The notes under the pieces are model-generated. The model was not told the DNA's origin and searched no databases. It saw only the letters and a program-made list of their open reading frames with translations. Both the position numbers and the translations under genes were made by a program. A DNA stretch of 52,892 bases, from positions 1 to 52,892 of the forward strand of contig JBHLPW010000036.1 in the NCBI GenBank assembly GCA_048939015.1. The letters are read 5' to 3'. Below are positions 38,494-49,035 of the stretch, piece after piece; position 1 is the stretch's first letter, and the number at the start of each line of letters is the position of its first letter. Source of the DNA: Promethearchaeota archaeon (lineage in GTDB: Archaea > Asgardarchaeota > Lokiarchaeia > Sigyniarchaeales > SOKP01).

Positions 38494-39666
38494 ATGGCTA
38501 ATAAATACATATTTAGCAAATATGCTTTAATTGGAGAGAATTTAGATTTAAAGCAAAACGTAAAAATAGAAATTGATCAGGATGGGAGAATTTTTGATAT
38601 TTACTTTGATGAAATAATTGAAAAAATAGAAATTCTTCCCAAAAATCAAACTTTTTTAATGATTCCAGGCTTTATTAACTCCCATGTGCATATTGGGGAT
38701 AATTTCGCAAAAGAATTGGGTTTTAATAAAAAATTAAATGAAATTGTCGCCCCTCCGTTTGGTCTTAAACATAAGTTACTAAGACAAACTCCAAAAGATA
38801 TGGTTATTGATGGAATCCAAAATGCTACTAAAGAAATGTTTGCAAATGGAATAACGTTTTTCATTGATTTTAGAGAGGGTGGAATAGAAGGTATAAATCT
38901 TTTGAAAAAAGCTTTGATTGATAATCCTATTAATTTTTTAACTCTAGGACGTTTTATGGATGAAAGTGAAATCGATCTTGTATTTGATAATGCAGATGGT
39001 GTTGGATTATCAAGTTATAAACAAATTAATAATCTTAATAAAAAATTTGTTACTTCTGCTAAACAAGAATTTAAAAAAATTATTGCCTGTCACTGTGCTG
39101 AGAAGATTCGAAATGAAAATCTCATAAATAGAATGTTTAGTGATGATCTTGTTGATGTAATCATTCATGGGACGAAATTTGTGAAAAAGGATTTAGAAAA
39201 AATAAATAATAAAAATAAATCTCTTGTTCTATGTCCTCGGTGTAATGGATACTTTGGAGTTGGATTTCCTCCTATAAACGAAATTTTAAATTTAAAGATT
39301 CCAATATCATTGGGTACAGATAATTTAATGGTAAACAATACTGATTTATTTGAAGAAATACGTTATCTTTATCGAATATCGAGAGTTTTATGCAGTTATA
39401 ATGAAAAACTTCAATTTTCTTCTAAAGATTTATTGAAAATGGTAACTATTAATGCTGCAAAAAATTTTAATCTTGAAGAACAGTTTGGTTCTATCTCAAA
39501 GGGAAGATTTGCTAATTTTTTTTTAGTTGATCTTAGCTCCCCAAATCTTTATTCTGCAAAATTAGATTCTAATAACTTATATAATTTAATTACTCAAAGA
39601 GTAAAATCAGAAAATATAATAAAGACTTATATTAAAGGAGTTTTAGCATATGAAAAAAAAAGATAA
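38494..39666 (+). CDS. Metal-dependent amidohydrolase/deaminase (TIM barrel)
   Basis: PGFINSHVHIGD, PPFGLKH, DFREGG, HCAE, LCPRCN, LGTDN and TINAA motifs. Confidence 0.85.
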   Translation: MANKYIFSKYALIGENLDLKQNVKIEIDQDGRIFDIYFDEIIEKIEILPKNQTFLMIPGFINSHVHIGDNFAKELGFNKKLNEIVAPPFGLKHKLLRQTPKDMVIDGIQNATKEMFANGITFFIDFREGGIEGINLLKKALIDNPINFLTLGRFMDESEIDLVFDNADGVGLSSYKQINNLNKKFVTSAKQEFKKIIACHCAEKIRNENLINRMFSDDLVDVIIHGTKFVKKDLEKINNKNKSLVLCPRCNGYFGVGFPPINEILNLKIPISLGTDNLMVNNTDLFEEIRYLYRISRVLCSYNEKLQFSSKDLLKMVTINAAKNFNLEEQFGSISKGRFANFFLVDLSSPNLYSAKLDSNNLYNLITQRVKSENIIKTYIKGVLAYEKKR

Positions 39667-40318
39667 GCCTTATATCCTATTAAGTGCTGCAATGACGATA
39701 GATGGTAAAATCGCAACTAAAAAAGGTGATTCAGAATTATCAGATAAAGTTGATTGGAAAGAAGTTCACAAACTACGAACTCAAGTTGATGCGATAATGG
39801 TAGGAAAGGACACTATTCTCAAGGATAATCCAAAATTACATATAAAATATTATAATCACAAGGGTTATCACAGAATAGTATTAGATAGTAATTTAACGAT
39901 ACCATTAGAGTCTAATGTTATTTCATTTCAACCAGAAATTTATCCTACAATAATTTGCACCACTGAAAATGTTCCAATAACTAAACAAAAACCTTATGAA
40001 GATAAAGGCGTTAAAATTATTAAAGCAGGATTAGGTAAAAGAGTAGATTTAATAAAGCTTTTACCATTGCTAAAAAGTAATGGAATAAATTCAATCTTAC
40101 TGGAAGGTGGCGGTAATTTAAATTGGAGTTTTATACAAAATAACTTAGTCGATGATATAAGATTAACTATAGCACCCTGGATTGTAGGTGGGAAGGATGC
40201 AACTAGTTTGGTTGAAGGATTAGGATTTGATGAAATAAAATATGCCCCTAGATTTGATCTATTTGATGTTAAAATTAGAACTTATTACATAACTTTAAGT
40301 TATAAAAAGAGAAAGTGA
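39650..40318 (+). CDS. arfC: 2,5-diamino-6-ribosylamino-4(3H)-pyrimidinone 5'-phosphate reductase (stand-alone RibD-C)
   Basis: AAMTIDGKIA, VHKLR, DAIMVG..T...DNP.L, LLEGGGNL and APWIVGG motifs. Confidence 0.88.
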   Translation: MKKKDKPYILLSAAMTIDGKIATKKGDSELSDKVDWKEVHKLRTQVDAIMVGKDTILKDNPKLHIKYYNHKGYHRIVLDSNLTIPLESNVISFQPEIYPTIICTTENVPITKQKPYEDKGVKIIKAGLGKRVDLIKLLPLLKSNGINSILLEGGGNLNWSFIQNNLVDDIRLTIAPWIVGGKDATSLVEGLGFDEIKYAPRFDLFDVKIRTYYITLSYKKRK

Positions 40319-41439
40319 TGGATCCAAAGAAAATCAAGCAGTTAATAAGTTTAAATAATAAGAATCTCAAAAAAAAGGTTAAAGATATAAAGGATCTATT
40401 ACCTGTGGAAGATCGATACGTAATAACATATTCTAAAAATTTCACTCTTTCTCTTTCAAATTATTGTATTAATCAATGTGGTTATTGTTTTTATAACAAT
40501 AAAGTTCCTAAATTACATAGTGAAGAAAATGTGGCTTTGCTTAGTATTAATCAAATAGGAAATTTAGTTAAGAAAGCTCAGCATTTTAATTGTAAAGAGG
40601 CTCTTATTATGTCAGGAGAATGTCCCGAAAGTTTTCCTGAGGTTAAAAAAGAATTAGAAAAACACAATTATTCACATTTTATTGAATTCGTAAAATGCGT
40701 GTGTAATTACCTATTAGATTATAATATTTTACCTCATACGAATTTAGGATACTTATCTTATAATGAATTAAAAAAATTAAAAAAATACAATGCGAGCATG
40801 GGATTAATGCTTGAAAGTACAAGTATGAGACTTTTTGAAAAAGGAGGTGTACATGAAAATTCTCCAGGGAAGCTGCCAGAAAAGAGGGTAAATCACATAA
40901 GAAATGCTGGAAAGTTACAAATTCCATTTACTACTGGATTATTATTAGGTATTGGAGAAAACATTAAAGAGAATATTGAAGATTTATATTTAATTAAGGA
41001 GATTAATAGTGAATATGGTCACATTCAAGAAGTCATAATACAGAATTTTGTTAAGAAACAAAATATCCCTTACCAACCGAAAAGTTCAATTTCTATCGAA
41101 AAAATGCTTAAAATAGTTGGACTTGCTAAAATTATTCTTGAAAATGAAATAAGTATTCAAGTTCCTCCAAATCTTATAGCGGGTTTTGAAAAGGAATTTA
41201 TTGATATGGGCATTGATGATTTTGGTGGAATTTCCCCTTTTTCATTAGACTTTATAAATCCTGATAATCAATGGCCTCAAATAGAAGATTTGTTTAGAAT
41301 TTGTAAAGAAAAAGGATATGATCTTAAAGAGAGACTGCCCATCTATGAAAAATTTATTAAGAAAGAAGGTTTTTGTTCAAAAAATATTAAAAAAATAATA
41401 AATAATATAAATTTAGATGATAGATACTCAGCTTGTTGA
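40315..41439 (+). CDS. cofG: FO synthase subunit 1
   Basis: ITYSKN, CINQCGYC, PHTN.G, SMGLMLE, SPGK.P..R, PFTTGLLLGIGE, HIQEVIIQNF, QVPPNL and DDFGGISP motifs. Confidence 0.93.
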   Translation: MMDPKKIKQLISLNNKNLKKKVKDIKDLLPVEDRYVITYSKNFTLSLSNYCINQCGYCFYNNKVPKLHSEENVALLSINQIGNLVKKAQHFNCKEALIMSGECPESFPEVKKELEKHNYSHFIEFVKCVCNYLLDYNILPHTNLGYLSYNELKKLKKYNASMGLMLESTSMRLFEKGGVHENSPGKLPEKRVNHIRNAGKLQIPFTTGLLLGIGENIKENIEDLYLIKEINSEYGHIQEVIIQNFVKKQNIPYQPKSSISIEKMLKIVGLAKIILENEISIQVPPNLIAGFEKEFIDMGIDDFGGISPFSLDFINPDNQWPQIEDLFRICKEKGYDLKERLPIYEKFIKKEGFCSKNIKKIINNINLDDRYSAC

Positions 41440-42547
41440 AAAAATTAGTCCAGATATTAGAAAGATTTTACAGAAGGCTATAGATGCGGAAGAAATAAGT
41501 TCAGGAGAAGCCTTGCAGATTTTAAATGTAAAAGGAAAAGAGTTTTTTGCTTTACAAAACGTAGCTGATCATATTTGCTTAAAAAAAAAACAAAATGTAG
41601 TAACTTTTGTAATAAATAGAAATATTAATTTCACTAATATTTGCTACCAACGCTGTAAGTTTTGTTCGTTTAGTTTATCAAGAACAGATCCTAATGCTTT
41701 CTTACTCACAATTGATCAAATTAGGGAAAAAGTAATTGAAGCTAAAAATGTTGGATGTACGGAAGTTTGTATTCAAGGTGGCATAAATCCTGAAGTAAAG
41801 TTTGATTATTATTTAGATATTCTTAAATGTGTTAAAAGTATCGATCCGATGATGCATAATCACGCATATTCTCCACAAGAAATCTTTTATATGGCAAATT
41901 TATATGAAAATTCGATAGAAGATACTCTTAGAGAGTTAAAAAAAGCAGGTTTAGATTCAATTCCTGGAACTGCTGCTGAAATATTAGTTGATGAAGTAAG
42001 AAAAATAATTTGTCCAAATAAAGTAAGTACCTCTCAATGGAAGGAAATTATAACTACGGCTCATAAATTAAAGATTCCAACTACTTCCACTATGATGTAT
42101 GGTCATATTGAGAGTTTAAGTGATAGAATTAAACATTTAGAAATTTTAAGAGATATTCAAAGGGAGACTCATTGCTTTACTGAATTTGTACCATTACCCT
42201 TTGTTAAAGAAAATCCAATTTTATCAAGGCTTGAAAATTTTCCTTTAAAACCAAGTTATGGGATGGATGATTTAAAACTATTTTGTGTAGCAAGATTGTA
42301 TTTAAATAATTATATAGATAATATTCAATGTAGTTGGGTAAAATTGGGACCGAATTTTGCCCAAGTTTCTCTAAATTTTGGAGTGAATGATTTTTCTGGA
42401 ACATTAATGGAAGAAAATATATCAAAAAGTGCTGGTGCCGAATATGGTGAACGTTTATCTCCGGAGAAAATAGTGGAAATAATAAAAAACGCAGGAAAAA
42501 AACCAGCACAGAGAGATACCATATATACTATTCTAAAATATTATTAA
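41417..42547 (+). CDS. cofH: FO synthase subunit 2
   Basis: NRNINFTNIC..RCKFC, EVCIQGG, PGTAAEIL, TSTMMYGHIE, EFVPLPF, NIQ.SWVKLG and GTLMEENIS motifs. Confidence 0.93.
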   Translation: MIDTQLVEKISPDIRKILQKAIDAEEISSGEALQILNVKGKEFFALQNVADHICLKKKQNVVTFVINRNINFTNICYQRCKFCSFSLSRTDPNAFLLTIDQIREKVIEAKNVGCTEVCIQGGINPEVKFDYYLDILKCVKSIDPMMHNHAYSPQEIFYMANLYENSIEDTLRELKKAGLDSIPGTAAEILVDEVRKIICPNKVSTSQWKEIITTAHKLKIPTTSTMMYGHIESLSDRIKHLEILRDIQRETHCFTEFVPLPFVKENPILSRLENFPLKPSYGMDDLKLFCVARLYLNNYIDNIQCSWVKLGPNFAQVSLNFGVNDFSGTLMEENISKSAGAEYGERLSPEKIVEIIKNAGKKPAQRDTIYTILKYY

Positions 42548-42588
42548 GATCTTTTTCTGTTAAAAAAAACTAGTTAAATTTTTATTTA

Positions 42589-44454
42589 CTAATGAGGTTC
42601 CCGAGACTGTAATAAATCTAAGATATATCTTTGAGCAATTAAATCTGAATTAACTTTTCCTAATACTTTGCCTTCATCTACAACTGGCATTGCTGAAATC
42701 TTATATTGTTCTAATTCACGAACGACATCTAAAATTGTAAAATTTGGATGGGCAGTAATAACATCCTTTGTCATTATTTTATCAAGTGTAATTTTTATAT
42801 TCCCCTCTGCCATAGCTTTCGTTACGTCCCAATCTGTGACAACTCCTACTAATTTATCATTTGAGAGAACAGCAATTATATCACTTACTTCTTTAATTAT
42901 TAGGTATGCAGCTTCTTGTATTGTGCTATTAACCTCAATTGTAGGTATAGGTATCATAATATCTTTCACCATACGCTCTCTTTCTTTTGCTGTAAGTCGT
43001 TGTAGGCTTATTTGTTCTGCTGCAGTACATGGTAGTATATCTGGATTTGCAGTTAATAAATCGACTAGCTCAATCATATTATTATAAATTACATTTTCTC
43101 TATAATCTTCCCCTGCTATTAATCGTTTTTTTGATAATTCAGCAAATTCTTTTTCGTGATCTTTTAACCATTTTTCTACTGCTTCACGATTACCTAACAT
43201 TTCTTCTGGAATCTGTAAGTGATCTGGGGTTCTTACAATATGTTCTTGTGCTGCAAAAATTACTCCTCCTGAATTAACCAAATAATCATTTGCAATCATA
43301 ACGCCTTTTTCTCGATATACAATTTGTTCCATACGTATTCTTGAAGCTCTCCTATTCGGATCAGGAGAATATGTATTTGCACCTTCAATAATCACAGCCC
43401 ATTTTCCCATTCGATCAACTGTCATTGAAGGATTTTCAGAACTTCTAACACACAAATAATTAAAAATCGGAGCTGCAGGAATAAAACAAAATGCATGTTC
43501 TAGAAGTAAATTGTCAGCATTAGTAGAAAATTTTGTTGGATGTCTATATCCTTCTGATACTATGTTATTCTTAAAATATATATTGGAAACTAACCTATTT
43601 TCTTTCCATAACTTAAACAATTCTTCTATAGGTAACCCGGTTTCATTATACAAATATCCCTCCAAATCGCTGATACCTACAACTTTTGCTTCAGGCAATC
43701 GTTCTTTCAATATGCGAGCAGCGTGAGCTCCCACAGCGCCAAATCCTTGAATCAATATCTTTAGTTCATTTGAGTGAGGAATTTCTAAATTAGCAAATTG
43801 AGGAAGTATTCGTAATCTAGGCATTATATCTAATAAAGTTTGTAAGGCAATTATTACACCTCCTGCAGCAGCTCCAAGTTCATCTATACGATTCCCTCCC
43901 ATATCAGCAGGCTTAGAAAGAGCATTATCTATACCATTTTCAATAGCAACAGTCTTCATATCCGCATCATTAGTGCCAACATCAGGTCCTGGAAGATATA
44001 TTTCTTTATAACGTCGGATTAATCTAGCAAAATCACGAACAATCTCAGTATGTTTTTCAGGAGCAAGATTCCTCTCTGCTACAATTCCTGCTTTTCCACC
44101 CCCATAGGGAAGGTTAGCCGCCGCATTCTTTAAGGTCATACCTCGTGCTAAATTATAGATATCAGAGGGAGTTATATCTGGTAACATCCTTATCCCGCCC
44201 ATAGAAGGGCGTCCTCCTGCTAGAGAGTCAACTACTACATATCCACCAATCTCGTGTGGAGATTTTTCATCCCATATACATGCAACTAGGTGAGGGCCAA
44301 CTTTATCACATATTATGCCTAAATGAGATAAAAGATGTACATCTAAATTACTAAATTCGAGATAGCATCTTCCCTCCTCTTTCTTAAGTCGAGCTTTGAA
44401 AGTAGCTTTAGGGAGATGCTCATTGAGAAATGATTCCATTTTTTTCGGGATCAT
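42589..44454 (-). CDS. Glu/Leu/Phe/Val dehydrogenase family fused to a C-terminal CBS pair
   Basis: GGIRM, LARGMTLK, YGGGKAG, GPDVGT, IQGFGAVG, EGAN and NSGGV motifs; CBS motifs GVVTDWD and SAMPVV. Confidence 0.9.
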   Translation of the reverse strand: MIPKKMESFLNEHLPKATFKARLKKEEGRCYLEFSNLDVHLLSHLGIICDKVGPHLVACIWDEKSPHEIGGYVVVDSLAGGRPSMGGIRMLPDITPSDIYNLARGMTLKNAAANLPYGGGKAGIVAERNLAPEKHTEIVRDFARLIRRYKEIYLPGPDVGTNDADMKTVAIENGIDNALSKPADMGGNRIDELGAAAGGVIIALQTLLDIMPRLRILPQFANLEIPHSNELKILIQGFGAVGAHAARILKERLPEAKVVGISDLEGYLYNETGLPIEELFKLWKENRLVSNIYFKNNIVSEGYRHPTKFSTNADNLLLEHAFCFIPAAPIFNYLCVRSSENPSMTVDRMGKWAVIIEGANTYSPDPNRRASRIRMEQIVYREKGVMIANDYLVNSGGVIFAAQEHIVRTPDHLQIPEEMLGNREAVEKWLKDHEKEFAELSKKRLIAGEDYRENVIYNNMIELVDLLTANPDILPCTAAEQISLQRLTAKERERMVKDIMIPIPTIEVNSTIQEAAYLIIKEVSDIIAVLSNDKLVGVVTDWDVTKAMAEGNIKITLDKIMTKDVITAHPNFTILDVVRELEQYKISAMPVVDEGKVLGKVNSDLIAQRYILDLLQSREPH

Positions 44455-44628
44455 ATTATCTACCTATTTGAAAATCATAAGAGTATGCTATATAAGTTTA
44501 GGAATTATTTAAATTTCTACTCATGGCATTAGTATTATTCTTATTGAAATATCTCCAATATAGTTTAGTTTTGGAGATTACAATTGTATAGACAAAATTT
44601 ATTAAATTTTTCAGTTTTAAACCAAAGT

Positions 44629-46527
44629 ATGGGAAATAGGAGAAAAAATCTTTTAGTTATTGGTATAGATCAGGCAATACCTTATCTTCTGAAAAAATTC
44701 ATTAAAGAAGGTCTAATTCCCAACATTGCTCAACTTGCAGAAACAGGTGTGATGGGAGAAGCACTTCCATGTGCTCCATGCGACACACCTACAAATTGGA
44801 CGACCATAGCAACTGGTGCAACTACGGCAGTCCATGGTGCAACAAGTTTTTATATGCATTTACCTGGAGAACCTTTAAATCAAGGACTAGAACTGCGATC
44901 TAGAACTCAACTCTCACGATATTGTAAAGCGGAGTATTTTTGGGATGTAGCTGATAGAGCTGGGTATATCCCTTTCGTAACTAATTATCCTGGAGGATGG
45001 CCAAGATATTTTAATAAGGGAGCAATGAGTCTTTTCACATGGTCAATTCCTGAATCACTACCAAGAATGTTAGAACGGTCATCTATCTATTCTTTCAATT
45101 TAAATTCAGAAGATTCCTCAATTCATTTAGTAAAAATAAAAGAAAATAAGAATCAAAATAATTCACCACTTTTACAAGCAACAATATATTTAAAAACTAA
45201 AGAGATAAGAAATCAACGATTAATTGAATTTTATCTTTTTGACTCTAAAGGGAAAGGATATGATATGGTTAAATTCTCTACAAAAGATAAAGGTGAATTA
45301 GAGTATTTAAATATAAATGAATGGAGTGATTGGATAATAAGAGATTTGGATACTGTTTTTGGTATTTTACCATGTCTGTTTAAATTAAAAGCTTTAAATT
45401 TAGACCCAGAAGGAAATTCATTTAAAATTCAAATATCAAGTATCTATAATACCAAAGGATGGGCTACACCAGAGAGTTTTGGAAAAAAAATTGTCGAAAA
45501 TGTGTTCAAATATGATTTACCGAAAAAACAGAAAATAGAGTTTATGATTTATGGTAATATAAATAAATTTTTGTCTTCAGCAAAACAAGAGAGTTTAACA
45601 CTAGCAAATTCTATAAAATTTGCGCATAAGGAATTAAATTGGGATGTTTGCTTTTTTCATTATCATCATATAGATAGCATTAATCATACAACACTTGCCT
45701 ATTTAGATAAAAATTCCCCTATTTATACGGAAAAGAAAGAAGAAAAATCATGGGAATATGTTAAGCAAATTTATTTAATAGTTGATGAGTTGGTAGAAAA
45801 TTTAGTAAAATCTTGTGTAGATGAGAATACAGTCATAATTTTTATTTCTGATCATGGAGCTGTCCCAATTTGGAAGATAGTTGATATACCATTAGCTTTT
45901 GCTAAAGCAGGTTTAACTAAGTATAAATTAGATTCTAGAAGAAAAAAGTATTTAATTGATTGGGAGAAATCAGTTGCATTTCCTTATATGGAACCTCCTT
46001 TTATATGGATAAATCTTAAAAATAGAGATCCTCATGGAATTGTTAGTCAAACTGAATATGAAGATGTTAGAAATCAAGTTATTGAAACATTAGAAAATCT
46101 AAAAGATCCAGAAACCAATCAATCAGTTATCCAATCCGTTTTTAAAAGAGAAGATGCTGGAGATCTGGGTTTAGATGGTGAAAGAATAGGAGATTTAATA
46201 TATTTTTTGAAACCCCCTTATGGGATTTTTGATGGGAGTCTAAATGCTATAAATGCTTCAAGTTTATCTCAAAATTACTTTAGCAAATCAATCGTTAATG
46301 ACTCTAAAAAGTTTTTTGGAGCTCATGCTTATTATCATCCTAACGCTAAACTTGGTGATTATACTGTTAGTGCTCCATTAATTTTTAATGGTCCTGGTAT
46401 AAAAAAGGGGATTGAATTAAATAAAATAGTAAATCTAACCGATATTGCTCCCACATTAGCCTATCTTCTCCAAATACCGAAACCGGCACAATCCCAGGGA
46501 AAGATTATTGGTGAAATTCTTGAATAA
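44629..46527 (+). CDS. Alkaline phosphatase superfamily, type I phosphodiesterase/nucleotide pyrophosphatase
   Basis: IGID, DTPTNWTTIATG (Thr nucleophile), D..NH, ISDHG, INLKNRDP and DIAPT motifs. Confidence 0.85.
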   Translation: MGNRRKNLLVIGIDQAIPYLLKKFIKEGLIPNIAQLAETGVMGEALPCAPCDTPTNWTTIATGATTAVHGATSFYMHLPGEPLNQGLELRSRTQLSRYCKAEYFWDVADRAGYIPFVTNYPGGWPRYFNKGAMSLFTWSIPESLPRMLERSSIYSFNLNSEDSSIHLVKIKENKNQNNSPLLQATIYLKTKEIRNQRLIEFYLFDSKGKGYDMVKFSTKDKGELEYLNINEWSDWIIRDLDTVFGILPCLFKLKALNLDPEGNSFKIQISSIYNTKGWATPESFGKKIVENVFKYDLPKKQKIEFMIYGNINKFLSSAKQESLTLANSIKFAHKELNWDVCFFHYHHIDSINHTTLAYLDKNSPIYTEKKEEKSWEYVKQIYLIVDELVENLVKSCVDENTVIIFISDHGAVPIWKIVDIPLAFAKAGLTKYKLDSRRKKYLIDWEKSVAFPYMEPPFIWINLKNRDPHGIVSQTEYEDVRNQVIETLENLKDPETNQSVIQSVFKREDAGDLGLDGERIGDLIYFLKPPYGIFDGSLNAINASSLSQNYFSKSIVNDSKKFFGAHAYYHPNAKLGDYTVSAPLIFNGPGIKKGIELNKIVNLTDIAPTLAYLLQIPKPAQSQGKIIGEILE

Positions 46528-46536
46528 AAAATCAAT

Positions 46537-47031
46537 TTAATTAATTATCTTAATACGAATTTTAAGACTCAATACCAAAGCTAATATTCCAGCTATTAAT
46601 TGTAAAAAAATTGCGATACTAGGCCAGTAGTAATTGACACCCCAAAAAGTTGGATAATCCCTTACTAGAGTATAAATAATTTGCCATGAAATTATGAGGA
46701 AAAGAGGGGAAATTATCATCACAATTCCTCCAATCATATAATACCTTGCCCATATTTCTAATCTTTTTTTCGGTTTTAAGCTGGTAAATAGGAATAAAAC
46801 GGAAGTTGCCATTATCAGAATTAAAATAATGACTGCTGGAATTAAAAATTCTATTTCTGTGTCATATACGATACCAATTTCGTTTGAATTTAAACCAAAA
46901 TACATAACAGAACCCCATAGCCAAAATTGGTATATAAAATTCGCACTTATGTGAAAAATTACTGGTGTAAAAATTGAAATAATTCCAATTATTCCAGAAA
47001 AAAATAACAGTTTAAAATGAAATTCTACCAT
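46537..47031 (-). CDS. Hypothetical membrane protein (~4 TM)
   Basis: Several long hydrophobic segments. Confidence 0.7.
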   Translation of the reverse strand: MVEFHFKLLFFSGIIGIISIFTPVIFHISANFIYQFWLWGSVMYFGLNSNEIGIVYDTEIEFLIPAVIILILIMATSVLFLFTSLKPKKRLEIWARYYMIGGIVMIISPLFLIISWQIIYTLVRDYPTFWGVNYYWPSIAIFLQLIAGILALVLSLKIRIKIIN

Positions 47032-47149
47032 GATCTTTACGAACTTTTGTGTTATATTTTATTTAAGTTCGATGATCATAATTTTAAAAACTAATAAAAT
47101 TATTTTTTGACTAAAAATTAGAATTAATATTAAAATAATAAAGAAAGAA

Positions 47150-47449
47150 GTGGTGTTAACAATTCCACTAACCTTAATTGCAACCGTTCGAGTGAAAAAT
47201 GGAAATATGGAAGAAGCAATTGAAGCTTTAAAAGAAATTGTCCCAAAAATAAAAGAATCAGAACCAGGATGTTTACAGTACATTCCTCATACGATAAAGG
47301 GTGATGAAAATTCAATCATTTTTTATGAAGTCTATACTGATTCTGATGCATTGAAAGAGCATAATAAAAATTTAGGTAAGAATATGGCAAAATTAAGTCC
47401 TTTGCTAGAACCTGGAATGGATTTAAAGATCTGTCGTGAAATTCTTTAA
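47150..47449 (+). CDS. Antibiotic biosynthesis monooxygenase (ABM)-like dimeric barrel
   Basis: EPGCLQY, IIFYEVYTDSDALKEH motifs. The start may be ATT at 47162, with GTGGTG acting as SD. Confidence 0.8.
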   Translation: MVLTIPLTLIATVRVKNGNMEEAIEALKEIVPKIKESEPGCLQYIPHTIKGDENSIIFYEVYTDSDALKEHNKNLGKNMAKLSPLLEPGMDLKICREIL

Positions 47450-47463
47450 TAAAAATTTTTTTT

Positions 47464-49035
47464 TTATTCATCTTGAATATAGGGTTTTCCAAGAAATAAG
47501 CAAATTTCAGCTTTTTTCAATTCTCTACCTAGATAATTTAAGTGATACATGTCATTAGTTAAGCCATTTTGAATTATCTTTTTGCTTAAAGTTTCTGCAC
47601 TCTCTCCAATAAAAGTTTGAAGTAAATTATCTTCATTTGAGTAGAAAAGAACATAAATTTTCCTCGAATAATGATTTATATAAATTCTAAAATAACCCAT
47701 TGAATCAGGAATATAATTAGTAATAAGCCCATTCATGACAATTGCATTTTCTTCATTTATTTTTGGCATTTCTTGATTTATTTTTTCTTTAGCTTTAAAA
47801 ATTTGGATACCTTGATTGATAGGGGGTGTTTTTTTATGTTTTGCTAGGTAATTTAACTTTATACTTTCTTTTAATTCTCTTACTCCTCCCATTAGTTTTG
47901 TACTATGTTCAACAGTAAAAACAATTCCCATGTCCAGTTCAACAGCGATACTAGCTAAAAGCCCATTAATTCCAACTGAGTCTATATCCATTAACTCTAC
48001 TACATTTGAAATTCCAAAAAACATTGGTAATTCATGATTTTCATACTTATCTTCTTTAGCTTTCTTATCGTAAAGAAAGTAAGCTTCTAAAGAATTGCAG
48101 ATTCCTGGATTAATTGGTGTTTCTAGTAATGGGTCAGCTATTAATTTCTTGAATCCATTGTTGAACAACTCTTTTGTTAACTTAAATAGATTTTCAACAC
48201 GAGATTTAGGATCTTTAGGAAAATAAAATTGTTTAACATTCGTGGGAAGTATGACAATAGGAATGTTTTTAGGAAGATTTAACATTTCTTCATAATTGCC
48301 GAGATCTAAGCTTAAAATTATATCTATATTTTCATGTACTGCAGCATAAATTTCTTCTGGAACCATTGAATCAATACTAATCAAAACATCATGCTTAGAT
48401 CTGATTAAATTAATTATCTCTTTGATTCTATCTGGGTTTGGCTTATTAGCCACACATCCAATATCTATAATATCCGCTCCAGAATTGATATAATGTATTG
48501 CCTTTTTAAGAATATGTTCATCGCTTTTTTCAGTACAATTAACAATCTCAGCGATAATTGGAGGTGGCATATTCCTTCCAATTATGATATTAGATTTTTT
48601 TTCATTAAGATAATATGTATGAGTACCTAACTCTTTTTTTGCCACTTCTAATTGCTTATTTACAATATCTGAATATTCACTTATTCCAGAAATTTCCAAT
48701 AATCTATTTGCGGGCATTGTATTTGATAATTTTAAATGATCCAAATTTTTTAGAGTAATAGACAAATCAGAGGCAAATTCAGGTCCTTTTCTAATTTTTA
48801 TTGAATATTTTTCCTCTAAATGAATAGAATCCCATTGGACAAAACCAGGTAATAATATCAAATCATAATTTGAAATTTCTATCTGATCCAAGAGATTAGT
48901 TGTGATAGATTGCGTAAGAAAGGCAGAAATAGAGATTGGTGCTTTTATGGTTTTTATCTTATGCTCTTTTATGGGTTTAACAATCTTTTCTATAGTTTCA
49001 TAACTCTGTTCGCCAGTTATTATAAGGATTCTAAT
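47464..49035 (-). CDS. Dihydropteroate synthase-like protein with C-terminal DUF4346-type domain; ATT start
   Basis: N-terminal RILIITG...SAFLT...YDLILLPG, IAEIV, GADIIDIG, SIDS, IADPLL, NVVELMDIDSVGINGLL, DSMGYFRI and HLNYLGRELKKAE motifs. Confidence 0.85.
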   Translation of the reverse strand: MRILIITGEQSYETIEKIVKPIKEHKIKTIKAPISISAFLTQSITTNLLDQIEISNYDLILLPGFVQWDSIHLEEKYSIKIRKGPEFASDLSITLKNLDHLKLSNTMPANRLLEISGISEYSDIVNKQLEVAKKELGTHTYYLNEKKSNIIIGRNMPPPIIAEIVNCTEKSDEHILKKAIHYINSGADIIDIGCVANKPNPDRIKEIINLIRSKHDVLISIDSMVPEEIYAAVHENIDIILSLDLGNYEEMLNLPKNIPIVILPTNVKQFYFPKDPKSRVENLFKLTKELFNNGFKKLIADPLLETPINPGICNSLEAYFLYDKKAKEDKYENHELPMFFGISNVVELMDIDSVGINGLLASIAVELDMGIVFTVEHSTKLMGGVRELKESIKLNYLAKHKKTPPINQGIQIFKAKEKINQEMPKINEENAIVMNGLITNYIPDSMGYFRIYINHYSRKIYVLFYSNEDNLLQTFIGESAETLSKKIIQNGLTNDMYHLNYLGRELKKAEICLFLGKPYIQDE

